This document shows, piece after piece, positions 18,538 through 28,358 of a DNA stretch of 64,000 bases; position 1 is the stretch's first letter, and each line of letters opens with the position of its first letter. The stretch lies in contig CAVSJV010000007.1 of NCBI GenBank assembly GCA_963728405.1, forward strand, positions 224,001-288,000, given 5' to 3'. This DNA comes from Methanomassiliicoccaceae archaeon. Lineage in GTDB: Archaea > Thermoplasmatota > Thermoplasmata > Methanomassiliicoccales > Methanomassiliicoccaceae. The notes under the pieces are model-generated. The model was not told where the DNA came from. It saw only the letters and a program-made list of their open reading frames with translations, and did not search any database. The translations under genes were made by a program, and so were the position numbers.

Positions 18538-19236
18538 ATGGCAGAATTACCATTCCTAGCAAACAGCAACGGGCCGGCCTGGCTACCGGGCGCGGCCAAG
18601 GAAGCCCGCCAGTTCGCCTACTGGGGGCAATTGATCCTGGTGGCGATGTTCATCCTCGCCATTGTGTTGGCCATATTGGCCTTCGCGGTCTCGTCCTGGG
18701 CCTCGGGCGTATATTTCGTCATCTCCGCTGTCGTGGACGTCATACTGCTGTACCTGATGAACAGTACGGTGTTCGAGCCCATGGATCAGGGCAAATTCCG
18801 CGAAGCGAGCGACCGTCTGTTGATCTGGGGCATACTGGGCCTTATCTTTTCCCTGGTGGTCCCGGGCATATTCCTGCTCCTGGCGTTCATTCGCCTGCAG
18901 GAGGTCTTCCAGCCTCAATATCAGCAGTACCCCACCCAGTACTACCAGGCGCCTCAGCAGTACCCGCCGCAGCAGGCCCCGCCGCCCGCTCAGCCTCAAT
19001 ATCAGCCGGCGCCGCCCCCTCAACAGTACCAGCAGCCTCCGAACCAGGCACCTCCGCCGCAGCAGGCCCCGCCGCCCCAGTACCAGCCGGCCCCTGCCCC
19101 CGCGCCAGTGCCTCCACCGGTCGCCCCTGCTGCCGAACCGCAGCAGCACAAGTCCGATATGACCAAGTGCAAGAGCTGCGGCGTGCAGTACCCCTCGTTC
19201 ATGAGGAACTGCCCCAACTGCGGCGCTCCGAGATGA
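18538..19236 (+). CDS. Membrane protein with a Pro/Gln-rich linker and C-terminal zinc ribbon
   Basis: Three to four hydrophobic segments, a QQYPPQQAPPP low-complexity tract, and CKSC...CPNCG. Confidence 0.8.
   Translation: MAELPFLANSNGPAWLPGAAKEARQFAYWGQLILVAMFILAIVLAILAFAVSSWASGVYFVISAVVDVILLYLMNSTVFEPMDQGKFREASDRLLIWGILGLIFSLVVPGIFLLLAFIRLQEVFQPQYQQYPTQYYQAPQQYPPQQAPPPAQPQYQPAPPPQQYQQPPNQAPPPQQAPPPQYQPAPAPAPVPPPVAPAAEPQQHKSDMTKCKSCGVQYPSFMRNCPNCGAPR
18909..19150 (+). repeat. Coding low-complexity repeat (Gln/Pro/Tyr)
   Basis: CAGCCTCAATATCAGC occurs twice and CCGCCGCAGCAGGCCCCGCCGCCC occurs twice. Confidence 0.7.
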
Positions 19237-19246
19237 AACGTCTTTC

Positions 19247-19501
19247 TCATTCTTCTTTTACATTCATGCCCCTGTCCCTATAGAGCACCTCTCCTCGCCT
19301 TTCTATCAGCCGGATCCGGTGGTATGGGATCTTACTGTCGGCGGTGACGAAGAATGATCGCTCCAGCTCCACGATATCCCTGCCTTTGATCGACATCATG
19401 TCGCCGGGAGCGCCGCGATGAAGGTAATAGATAACGACATCGTCCAGGCCTCGCTCCTCGGACCATTTCAGGCGGTTCAGTACCTCGCGCGGGAAGACCA
19501 T
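19247..19501 (-). CDS. DUF504/MJ1316-family RNA-repair domain protein
   Basis: REVLNRLKW, YLHRGAP, IPYHRI. Confidence 0.88.
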   Translation of the reverse strand: MVFPREVLNRLKWSEERGLDDVVIYYLHRGAPGDMMSIKGRDIVELERSFFVTADSKIPYHRIRLIERRGEVLYRDRGMNVKEE

Positions 19502-19557
19502 GATCGTTCATTCTATCCTCGAAAGTGCTTTCTATATTCCGGTCCGTAGCATTAATC

Positions 19558-21177
19558 ATGCATTTCCCCCCGTACGGCGACACCATCGGCTCGATAGTGG
19601 TAAAGCATGTGAACGGACAGCTCGTTGACGTGTTGAGCGGAACGATCTATCCCGCCTGTGTCAACTTCTACGAGGGCAAGGTCGTCCGGATCGAGCACAA
19701 GATCACGGCCCCCATGCAATATCTCCTCCCGGGACTGATAGACTCCCACGTACACGTCGAATCGTCGTCCCTCACGCCTTACCGTTTCGCCGAGCAGGCT
19801 GTTGCCCATGGGACCACCGCGGTGATCGCGGACCCCACCCCGATCGCGGCTGCCATGGGTATGGACGGGATCAAGTTCCTCATGGAGGATGGCCGGTCCT
19901 CGCCCCTTCGGTTCTACTATGCGGCGCCCTCGGAGGGGCATTCTTCAAACAGCATGGGCTGGCAGGCGGTCCGGGAGCTGATGGGAATGCCCGAGTTCGT
20001 GGCCCTGGGCGAGGTCACCGAGGTCGCCGATGTGCTGGCCGAGGAACCGGAGACCATGGCCAAGATGGAGGTCGCCAGGCAGAACGGCAAGCCCATCGAT
20101 GGCTTCGCTCCCGACCTTCGCGGCTATGACCTGGACCGATATATCATGGCTGGTGTATCGTCCGATCACGGCTGCTCTTCGGTGAGGGAGGCGATGGAGA
20201 AGCAGCGTCGAGGAATGACCATCATCGTGGAGGAGGGGGCGGGTGCCCAACAGCTGGATGCCCTGGCTGAGTTCATGAAGGCGAACCACTACCTGTTGGC
20301 CTCAGGGAACCTCGGTGCTCCTGATATCGTGGGAGGGCACATAGACGACCTGCTGCGCCGCTCCGTGGCGCTAGGGGTCGACCCCCTCCAGGCGATTCGA
20401 GCGGCGACGCTCTGGCCGGCCGAACGTTATAACCTGGCAGGCGGTTCGCTCTACGTAGGCGGGCCGGCCGACCTCATCGCGGTCAACGATCTCAAGGAGT
20501 TCAAGGTGCTGGAGACCTGGATCGGTGGCGAGCTCGTGGCCAAGGACGGGGCTCCGATGTTCCTTGGCAACCCCATGGGGGTGGCCGCTCCTTTCAGCAT
20601 CACCAAGGTCAATGCCGATGACCTGGAACCGCGCTCCAGCTCTCCGGTCGCCCACACCAGGGCGCTGGAGGTGAACTCTCAGGGCTTGGGGGTCGGCCGA
20701 GGAACGGTCGAACTGTCGGTCCAGAACGGCCGGGTGATGGCCGACCCCCGTCGTGACATCGCCCTCCTGGCCTGGGTGGATCCGTGGAGGGGAGGGAGCC
20801 CGAAGGTATCCTTTGTCAAAGGCTTCGGCCTGACCGCAGGGGCCATGGCAACCTCCTTCGTTATGGGTGCCGCGGGCATCCTGGCGGTAGGGGTGGACGC
20901 GGTCAGTCTGGCCGATGCGATCAACATGGTGGTGAAGGCTGGCGGAGGGAAAGCCGCAACCAAGGGCAGCTGCTGGACCATATTGGCACTCCCCGAAGGA
21001 GGGATGATGTCATCGCTGCCGGCGAGAGAGATCGCCGAGGGCGAGCTAGAGCTGCGTTCGTTGGTCAGGGAGATGGGCTCCCAGCTGCCCGATCCCCTAC
21101 TGTCCCTTTCCTACCTGGGCCGGGAGGTCCGGTGGGCTTTCGACCTGGAACCGGTGATGGAGATGCGCTCGGCCTGA
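19558..21177 (+). CDS. ade: Adenine deaminase homolog with eroded catalytic residues
   Basis: PGLIDSHVHVESS, HGTTAVIADP, LGEV, and an Ade C-terminal domain; several metal ligands are substituted (see findings). Confidence 0.8.
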   Translation: MHFPPYGDTIGSIVVKHVNGQLVDVLSGTIYPACVNFYEGKVVRIEHKITAPMQYLLPGLIDSHVHVESSSLTPYRFAEQAVAHGTTAVIADPTPIAAAMGMDGIKFLMEDGRSSPLRFYYAAPSEGHSSNSMGWQAVRELMGMPEFVALGEVTEVADVLAEEPETMAKMEVARQNGKPIDGFAPDLRGYDLDRYIMAGVSSDHGCSSVREAMEKQRRGMTIIVEEGAGAQQLDALAEFMKANHYLLASGNLGAPDIVGGHIDDLLRRSVALGVDPLQAIRAATLWPAERYNLAGGSLYVGGPADLIAVNDLKEFKVLETWIGGELVAKDGAPMFLGNPMGVAAPFSITKVNADDLEPRSSSPVAHTRALEVNSQGLGVGRGTVELSVQNGRVMADPRRDIALLAWVDPWRGGSPKVSFVKGFGLTAGAMATSFVMGAAGILAVGVDAVSLADAINMVVKAGGGKAATKGSCWTILALPEGGMMSSLPAREIAEGELELRSLVREMGSQLPDPLLSLSYLGREVRWAFDLEPVMEMRSA

Positions 21178-21270
21178 TCGATTAATTTTATAATAGATGG
21201 AAATGTTTTATTAGCCCCTGGCCGTTTTTACCGGACGGTTCCCCCGCCGTATCGGGGCGAAGTGATGCTC

Positions 21271-21945
21271 ATGGCAGATGTCGAGACATTCGTGTGCAAA
21301 TTGGTCACCTATGATGAGATAGCCAAGTGGGCCGAAAAACTGGCCAAGGAGGTCCGGGACTGTGGATGCAAGCCCACGGTCATCATCGGGCTCACGCGGG
21401 GGGGTTGGGTGCCTGCTCGGTTGCTTTGTGACGAGTTGGGCGTGAAGAAGCTCTATGCGATCAAGACCGAGCACTGGGGCGTGACGGCGAACCTGGACGG
21501 GAAAGCGCTGCTGACCCAGGAGCTGAACGCCGATGTGGAGAACGAAACCGTCCTCATCGTCGATGACATCACCGATACCGGCGAATCGCTGACGCTGGCA
21601 TTGGGGCACCTGTTCAAGAAGCGGCCCAAGGATATCAAGACCGCCACCTTACTGCACATCACCCACTCGAAGATGGAGCCGGACTTCTATGCCATCGAGG
21701 TCCCCAAAGAGCAGTGGGCGTGGTTCATCTTCCCCTGGAATCTGCATGAGGACCTGAGGACGCTCCTTCCGAAAACGCTGTACGAGCCGAGGACGGAGGT
21801 CGAGATAAAGAATGCGTTCAATGCCCAGTTCAAGATAAGCGTCTCACCGGCCCTGATCAAGGTCACCCTGAATGACCTAGCGGTAATGGGCAGGGTCAAG
21901 AAGGCCGGAAAGAAGTGGACGCTGGTAGAGCAGCCGGTGCTGTAG
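21271..21945 (+). CDS. Purine phosphoribosyltransferase (HGPRT/XPRT-like)
   Basis: LTRGGWVPAR, the PRPP motif VLIVDDITDTGESL, and WFIFPW. Confidence 0.88.
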   Translation: MADVETFVCKLVTYDEIAKWAEKLAKEVRDCGCKPTVIIGLTRGGWVPARLLCDELGVKKLYAIKTEHWGVTANLDGKALLTQELNADVENETVLIVDDITDTGESLTLALGHLFKKRPKDIKTATLLHITHSKMEPDFYAIEVPKEQWAWFIFPWNLHEDLRTLLPKTLYEPRTEVEIKNAFNAQFKISVSPALIKVTLNDLAVMGRVKKAGKKWTLVEQPVL

Positions 21946-22002
21946 CCCCGGCAAACTCGCAATCTGAACAAAGGATAAAATCGTCTAGGTCCTTCTCCGG
22001 GC

Positions 22003-22560
22003 GTGCTCGCCCGTTTCAAGAACAGCCTGGAGGCCGCCCCCATCATAAAGGTCGGCGACTACGATTATTTCGTTCATCCCATCACGGACGGCGTTCCCCG
22101 CGTGGACCCGGCCATTCTGGACGAGGTGGTGCAGACCATGCTTCGCCTGGGCAAGTTCGACTGCGATGTCATCCTCGGTCCCGAAGCGCTGGGCATCCCG
22201 CTGGCGGTGGCGCTGTCCCTGGAACTGAACATTCCCTATGTTATCATACGCAAGCGCAGCTACGGGCTCCCCGGAGAGATACGGATCGACCAGTCCACGG
22301 GGTATTCGAAAGGGCAGATGTTCCTCAATGATCTGAAGGCGGGGGACCGGGTGGTCGTTGTCGATGATGTCATCTCGACCGGGGGCACCCTGAAGGCCAT
22401 CATCACCGCCCTCAAGAACGCCGGGATCCAGGTCGTTGATGTTCTGGTCGCCGTGGAAAAGGGTGAGGTAGGTAAGGATCTGGAGAGTGAGCTCGGCATC
22501 AAGATCCGGACCCTGGTCAAGGTCGAGGTCCGCGACGGCCGCTTGGTCCTACTAAATTGA
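22003..22560 (+). CDS. hpt: Archaeal hypoxanthine/guanine (adenine) phosphoribosyltransferase
   Basis: YFVHPITDGVP, IIRKRSYGL, QSTGYS, VVDDVISTGGT. Confidence 0.88.
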   Translation: MLARFKNSLEAAPIIKVGDYDYFVHPITDGVPRVDPAILDEVVQTMLRLGKFDCDVILGPEALGIPLAVALSLELNIPYVIIRKRSYGLPGEIRIDQSTGYSKGQMFLNDLKAGDRVVVVDDVISTGGTLKAIITALKNAGIQVVDVLVAVEKGEVGKDLESELGIKIRTLVKVEVRDGRLVLLN

Positions 22561-22566
22561 GCCAGC

Positions 22567-23371
22567 TTACTTTATTAATCGCTTCTTCATCAAGTAGATC
22601 GCCGGGATGAATGTCAGCAGGGTCGCGATGATGATGTATATGGTCGAACCCAGGTCGATCCAGTTCACCAGGCCGAGGCACATGTTCCGGACCAGGATGC
22701 TGACGTGGGTGAGCGGCAAAGCATAGGCGATCGGCTCGGCAGCTCCTAACTGGGTGACGGGGAAGAAGGTGCCTCCCAGCAGGAACATCGGGGTGACCAG
22801 CAGGAAGAACGGGTAGTTGAACGAGTCGATGTTGGGCACCAGTCCGGTGAAGATCATGGCGATGGAGGAGAACATCAATCCTCCCAGGAAGGCGATGATG
22901 GGGATCAGCAGCACGGTCGGAGCGGAGAACAGGACAGTTGGGGAAGAAAGTGATCCCCAGGACCTCGATCACCAACAGGACGATAGTGGAATTGACGAAG
23001 CTTTTCGTGGCCCCCCATAGTATCTCGCCGGTGATGACATCCTCGATGCTCGTCGGGGTGGCGATGATGGCATCGAAGGTCTTCTGATAGTGCATGCGGA
23101 CGAACGAGCCGTAGGTGCATTCGAAGAAGCCGCCGTACATCACCGAGATGGCGATCAGGCCTGGGGCTAGAAATCGGATATACTGGATGTCCTGGCCGGC
23201 ATACTGGAGGCCGACGATGAGGCCGCCCAGTCCGGCGCCCATCGCCACTAGGTACAACAAAGGCTCGAAGATGGAGGGCAGGAAGTTGGTCTTCCAGGTC
23301 TTGAAGAAGACATCCGCGTTCCGTCGCCAGACCAACAGTGCGCCGGAATCGATGTTCGAGAGCATGCTCAT
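22567..23371 (-). CDS. ABC-2 type exporter permease (NodJ-like); frameshift near 22925
   Basis: FLAPGLIA and TFDAIIATP...GEILW; the C-terminal half PMFLLGGTFFP...LPLTH is in another frame. Confidence 0.85.
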
Positions 23372-24282
23372 TCCTTCAACCCCCTGCCGGTGAGCTTCAG
23401 GAACACGTCCTCGAGCGTGGCGGGACGAACGGTCGAATCGACGTCGGGGTACCTCTTCTTGAACTCAGTCTGGACCACATAGCACTCTTTCGAATAGACA
23501 TAGATGCGGTCGGCCGAGCGCTCGATATGGTCGCCCGTCGATCCCAGGTACTTCTCGATCTCCGTCCCGTTGGGGTCCATGACCTCCATGACACAGGGGC
23601 CGACGACCTGCTGGATCAGTGCTTTGGGCGTTCCCTCTACCAGGAACTTGCCGCTCTCCATGATGACCAGGCGGTCACACAGCTGCTCGGCCTCGTCCAT
23701 GTAATGAGTGGTGAGGATGATGCTGGTCCCCCGCTTCTTGAGCTCCCGTATGCGATCCCAGATCAGGTGGCGCGCCTGGGGGTCCAGTCCGGTGGTCGGC
23801 TCGTCCAGGATGAGGATCTTGGGGTTGTTGATCAGCGCCCGGGCGACGATCAGGCGGCGCTTCATCCCACCTGACAGGCTCTCGATCATATTGTCCGCCT
23901 TCTCGGTAAGCTGCATGAACTCCAGCAGGTCCCGCGACCGCTTCTCCGCCTCGGCAGCGGGAATATGAAAGTAGCGAGCATAGGTCGTGAGGTTCTTAAT
24001 GACCGAGAAATCGGGATCGAGGTTCGATTCCTGGGGGGCCACCCCGATCAGTTGCTTGACCTCCTTGGGATGCTCGGTCACATCCATGTCCATCACATCC
24101 AACTTTCCAGAGGTGATGGGGGACACCGTCTGGATCATACGCATAGTGGTGCTCTTGCCCGCGCCGTTCGGTCCGAGGAATCCGAAGATCTCGCTCTGTT
24201 CGATCTGAAAACTTATGTGGTCCACTGCCGTCAGTTCGTCATACTTCTTTACGAGGTCCTTAGCAGCAACGACCACGGACAT
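23368..24282 (-). CDS. ABC transporter ATP-binding protein (NodI/DrrA-like)
   Basis: GPNGAGKS, LSGGMKRR, ILDEPTTGLD, TTHYMDEAE, LEDVFLKLTG. Confidence 0.95.
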   Translation of the reverse strand: MSVVVAAKDLVKKYDELTAVDHISFQIEQSEIFGFLGPNGAGKSTTMRMIQTVSPITSGKLDVMDMDVTEHPKEVKQLIGVAPQESNLDPDFSVIKNLTTYARYFHIPAAEAEKRSRDLLEFMQLTEKADNMIESLSGGMKRRLIVARALINNPKILILDEPTTGLDPQARHLIWDRIRELKKRGTSIILTTHYMDEAEQLCDRLVIMESGKFLVEGTPKALIQQVVGPCVMEVMDPNGTEIEKYLGSTGDHIERSADRIYVYSKECYVVQTEFKKRYPDVDSTVRPATLEDVFLKLTGRGLKE

Positions 24283-24374
24283 GTAGCTCCCTAATCCAAC
24301 TTCTAGTTAATATATCATGAACGAAGCCTAAGCGTAGCCGGGTCCCTTTTCCCTTGGCCAGTGGAGGACGGGGG

Positions 24375-25958
24375 GTGGACCTTCCCTTGTTGCTGGCGGT
24401 GCTCTATTTCTCGTTCCTGGGAACCGGCCTGGGGTCTCTGACCGGCCTCACTCCCGGTGTCCACGTCAACACCCTGGCCCTGATCCTGGTGTCATCTTGC
24501 CCATTGCTCCTGCCCCTGCTGGAAGAGGCCGCTGCCGCCCTGGGGACGGTACGCGAAGCGGCTCCCCTGCTGATGGTCACCGTCATCGTCTCCGCGGCGG
24601 TGGCCCATTCCTTTCTCGACTTCCTTCCATCGATCTTCCTGGGCGCGCCGGAGGAGGGTACCGCCCTCAGCACCTTGCCCGGTCATCGGCTGCTACTGAG
24701 TGGTAAAGGGCTGGACGCGGTCCTCTGCTCCGCCTACGGCGGCCTGGTGGGCGCTACCGCCGCAGTGGTGCTGTGCCTGCCACTGTCCCTGGTTTTGGGC
24801 CCGCCCCTCGGCCTGTTCCCGCTGCTGGACCAGGCGACCCCGTTCCTGGTGGTGGCCGCCCTGATGGCCCTGGTGATCTCGGAGAAGGGAAAGAAGCTCC
24901 GGGTGGCGGTCCGGGTCCGCAAGGTCACACGCACTAGGGGGGCGGTAAGCCTGGTCCGTTCGGTCCCGGTGAACGGCCTGGAAGCGACCTTAGTAGGGAG
25001 AGTGGAGAGGGACCGGTATGGGAGAAAGTGGCTCCGGACCTCCCATGGCCGGTGGCGGCTGAAAGGGGCAAGCGTTCAGGGGGGTATGGTCAGGGTAGAA
25101 TGTGTCTGGCAGGTACGTCATTCCGCCATTCGTGAACGCTGCTATGCCGTTGCGCTCCTGCTCATCTCCGGCCTGCTAGGGCTCACCTGCATGGGATCCC
25201 GTCTACCGCTCACCGACATCTGGGAAGGCATGGACCAGAGCATACTCTTCCCGCTGCTCACCGGCCTGTTCGGCCTGCCGGGGATCATCAGCTCCCTCCG
25301 CTCCAGCACAATCCCCCCGCAGCTCGAGCCGTCCGCTTTCCAGGGTGAGCTGGGGCCCGGCCTGCGGGGAGCACTGTCCGGCGCGCTGGTCGGCTGGTTC
25401 CCCGGGATATCTTCTACCACGGGGGTAATCATTGCCTCTGCGTTCTCGCGCGACCGCGAGGATCAACTGGCCGGTTCGCGCCGCTATCTGGCCATGGTGT
25501 CGGCGGTGGGCACATCGTCCACCGTGCTCGGTCTCCTGGCCCTCTCCATCGCCTACAAGGGGCGCTCAGGGGCGATGCTGGCGGCCAAGGAGGTGCTGGG
25601 GCCGGAGGGGGTATCGCTGCTCTCCCTCCCCTCGCCGTGGTTCCCCCTTCTCCTCGCGGCGGCGCTCCTCTCCGCCGCGGTCAGCTACCTGCTCGCGCTC
25701 CGGTTGGGCCGGCGCCTGGCCCGCCTGGCGGCCGGGGCGGACCTCGGCCCCCTGAACAAGGTCATACTCATCCTTATCGTCCTTCTGGTCGCGGTGTTCT
25801 GCGGGCTGCCGGGGCTGCTGGTCCTTGTGGTGGCTACCTTCCTGGGCTTCCTGCCTCCGCGGCTTGGGGTAAGCCGCGTCCACCTGACCGGATGCCTCCT
25901 GCTCCCGACGGCACTGTACTTCCTCGGCCTAGAGGCAGGGCTCCTGTCGGTGCTTTGA
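24375..25958 (+). CDS. Tripartite tricarboxylate transporter TctA/DUF112 family permease with a soluble insertion
   Basis: GLTPGVHVN, FLDFLPSIFLGAP, LPGHRLL, PLLTGLFG, GWFPGIS, and many TM segments. The start is uncertain (24354 or 24375). Confidence 0.85.
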   Translation: MDLPLLLAVLYFSFLGTGLGSLTGLTPGVHVNTLALILVSSCPLLLPLLEEAAAALGTVREAAPLLMVTVIVSAAVAHSFLDFLPSIFLGAPEEGTALSTLPGHRLLLSGKGLDAVLCSAYGGLVGATAAVVLCLPLSLVLGPPLGLFPLLDQATPFLVVAALMALVISEKGKKLRVAVRVRKVTRTRGAVSLVRSVPVNGLEATLVGRVERDRYGRKWLRTSHGRWRLKGASVQGGMVRVECVWQVRHSAIRERCYAVALLLISGLLGLTCMGSRLPLTDIWEGMDQSILFPLLTGLFGLPGIISSLRSSTIPPQLEPSAFQGELGPGLRGALSGALVGWFPGISSTTGVIIASAFSRDREDQLAGSRRYLAMVSAVGTSSTVLGLLALSIAYKGRSGAMLAAKEVLGPEGVSLLSLPSPWFPLLLAAALLSAAVSYLLALRLGRRLARLAAGADLGPLNKVILILIVLLVAVFCGLPGLLVLVVATFLGFLPPRLGVSRVHLTGCLLLPTALYFLGLEAGLLSVL

Positions 25959-28121
25959 TCGGCCATTATCATCCCGCGCCCTCAACTCTTCAAAGCTCCA
26001 GCCGAACGGGGACAGCAGTTCGGACGCCCCCCGCAGCGCGAACTCCACGTACCGCTCCGCGTCATAGTGCTCGTCCCCGTCCAGGAAGGGCGCGGCCCTA
26101 ACCCGTTGCCAGGAGCTCTTGCTCTTGGAGTCGGTGATGAGGTACTCGACGGCCTGCCCGGGCTGCAGCTCGAACCCCTGGTCATGCAGCTGGCGGAGGG
26201 CGGCCACCGAATCGTTGAACTGCACGTACTCCTCCAGCCGCCGGGATATGCTCTTCCGCATGATCAGGCGGTCCCTGGACACCGTGCCGGAGCGCAGCTC
26301 CTCGGCGTAGCGGTCCAGGGCTCGGAGCGAGGAGGGCACCAGCTCCCGGAACTCGTCGGCGTCCTTGGCCCTAGAGAGGTGCTTGAGCATGTCCTGCTGC
26401 AGGTCCTCGATCAGGGTGGGGGTGTCCTTCCGGCGGACGGCAATGCCTCGTAACTTCAGCTCTCCGCTCTCGAACATGCCGTAGTATCTGTTGAGCGCCC
26501 CGATGCCAGTGGAAATGTTCGGAAGGAAGACGATCCAAGCGTATCTCCCTTCCAGGTTCAGAGGGATGCCCACCTCTCGGCTCATCTCCTCGCAGTACGA
26601 AGCGGCGTCCCCGTCCCCTTTCAACCACAACGAATCGACGATGCCGTGGAGGACCTCGAAGCCTCTTCTCTCCGCCAGGTCCGCGGAGCGAATGAGAATG
26701 TCCCTGCCGAAGGCGGTGATCGATTCATGGCATTCGATGCGCCCGAACCTAGCGTTGCGATAACCAGTGTAGCCAAAGCAGGTCACCAATACCCATTTGA
26801 GCGCCTTCGCTCGCTGATCATACATCTCCCCCTTCCGACCGCCCTGCTTCTTCAGCTGCTTGTACACCCGGCGGCGGTTGAGGAGGGGGACCAGCACCTT
26901 TGGTATGAGCCCCTGCCGCTTCTCACAGATGTGATATCCGAGTTCGGGAACGGTCCTGCCCGAGTGGGGACAGCATGAGCACAGCAGCGTCTCCGGGGAG
27001 ATGTTGTACTGGACCATGATGCTAGGGTAGAGGGAGAAGAAATCGACCTCCCAGACGTGGTCGTGGACGCCGACCTTGGGCTCGTAGATGAACCCCCCAC
27101 GGTCCGACACGATCAGCGCCCTGGCGGTCTTGAAGTCCTCGGGCAGGTTCTTCTTCCATAGGATGACATGGCCGGAGCGCACGGCCTCGTTCACTTGCAT
27201 GGCGCTGATGGCGCTGCCTGGCGACAGCCGGGAGAGGTCCTGCAGAGGGATCATCGACAGCCGGGATAGCTCGATGAGGCCGTGCAGCCCGCTCTCCATG
27301 AAGGTGAACGATGCCTCGCGGTCGATATGAACGCGCCCCCGTAGCTTATGGCCAGGCGGCTTGTACACGATGCGGCCGTAGGTGAAGAAGCTCTTGCCCT
27401 TAGAGGTAAGCTCGCCCTTCTCCCGGCCGAGCTCGAGCTGGAGCCCGTTGGCTTCCGCGCGCTTGTGCAGGTACGGCAGGTAGAACGAATCGCCCTTGCT
27501 GGTGTAGATGATGTCCGGGTCCCTTTCCGCGATGAGGGCCTGCAGCTCTTTGAGCACCTCATCCTCGGGACCATCCAGCACGACGTCGTCCGCGGTGATC
27601 GAGACGATGGTGTCCTCGAAGGTCGGTATCCCCACCCCGGCAGTCCTGATCTTGAGGTCCAGGGAGCTCAGGTCGGGGATAGGATAATCGATGCGCAGGT
27701 TGGAGTCCAGGGAGCGCAGGGACGGCGCCTCCACCAGCCCCATGGAGAAGATGCCCTTCTCCAGGAAGTAGCGCTGGTCCATGCGCAGGTCGACGTTATA
27801 GAGCAGGTGATGGTGGTAGTCGCCCCACGAGTCGATGGTGACCGCCAACGGCTGGATGGCGGCGTAATCGCGGACCGCGATCGAGAGCACGTCCCTCTCC
27901 CGCTCCCCCAGTCCGGTCCGCCGGCGCACTATCGCCGTGTCCCTGACCCCCAAGAGCGTGAGGTCCCTGACCAGCTTCTCCAGCCGCTCGCGGGAAGCGC
28001 GCACGTAGATGTGCGGCACGAAGCCCTCGATCACTCGCTCCACGCCCTGGTTGGTCTTGATCCAGGTGACCATGCGGTTCTCGGCCATGTCGGCGTAGCA
28101 GTCCAGCACCCAGCCCTTCAT
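25929..28121 (-). CDS. polB2: Family B DNA polymerase, PolB2 type
   Basis: Motif A DFFSLYPSI, motif B KWVLVTCFGY, altered motif C HGIVDS (canonical YGDTDS), NRYYG, and degenerate exonuclease motifs. Confidence 0.9.
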   Translation of the reverse strand: MKGWVLDCYADMAENRMVTWIKTNQGVERVIEGFVPHIYVRASRERLEKLVRDLTLLGVRDTAIVRRRTGLGERERDVLSIAVRDYAAIQPLAVTIDSWGDYHHHLLYNVDLRMDQRYFLEKGIFSMGLVEAPSLRSLDSNLRIDYPIPDLSSLDLKIRTAGVGIPTFEDTIVSITADDVVLDGPEDEVLKELQALIAERDPDIIYTSKGDSFYLPYLHKRAEANGLQLELGREKGELTSKGKSFFTYGRIVYKPPGHKLRGRVHIDREASFTFMESGLHGLIELSRLSMIPLQDLSRLSPGSAISAMQVNEAVRSGHVILWKKNLPEDFKTARALIVSDRGGFIYEPKVGVHDHVWEVDFFSLYPSIMVQYNISPETLLCSCCPHSGRTVPELGYHICEKRQGLIPKVLVPLLNRRRVYKQLKKQGGRKGEMYDQRAKALKWVLVTCFGYTGYRNARFGRIECHESITAFGRDILIRSADLAERRGFEVLHGIVDSLWLKGDGDAASYCEEMSREVGIPLNLEGRYAWIVFLPNISTGIGALNRYYGMFESGELKLRGIAVRRKDTPTLIEDLQQDMLKHLSRAKDADEFRELVPSSLRALDRYAEELRSGTVSRDRLIMRKSISRRLEEYVQFNDSVAALRQLHDQGFELQPGQAVEYLITDSKSKSSWQRVRAAPFLDGDEHYDAERYVEFALRGASELLSPFGWSFEELRARDDNGRSKHRQEPCL

Positions 28122-28357
28122 CTTGGACCCTTCAGCCGTCGGATCTCCTTTTCCTGCTCCAGGAGAATGGAGAGCAGCGCTCCCTCCACTGGGTCGGAGA
28201 ACGCCGCGTAGGTGGAGGCGGAGGAGTGCATCCGCGCGCGGTTGACCATCTGGTCGAACACGTCCCGGTCCTCCTTCGGCAGGGCCCTCCGAAAATCGTT
28301 CCAGCTCAGGATGATCGATTCCAGGGTCATCCGGTAGGTCGACACGGTGCGCCCCAT
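28118..28357 (-). CDS. Small helical partner of PolB2 (arCOG07300/PPB2-like)
   Basis: MGRTVSTYR...FRRAL...D...FD...ILLEQ; ATGA-coupled to polB2. Confidence 0.82.
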   Translation of the reverse strand: MGRTVSTYRMTLESIILSWNDFRRALPKEDRDVFDQMVNRARMHSSASTYAAFSDPVEGALLSILLEQEKEIRRLKGPR

Positions 28358-28358
28358 G

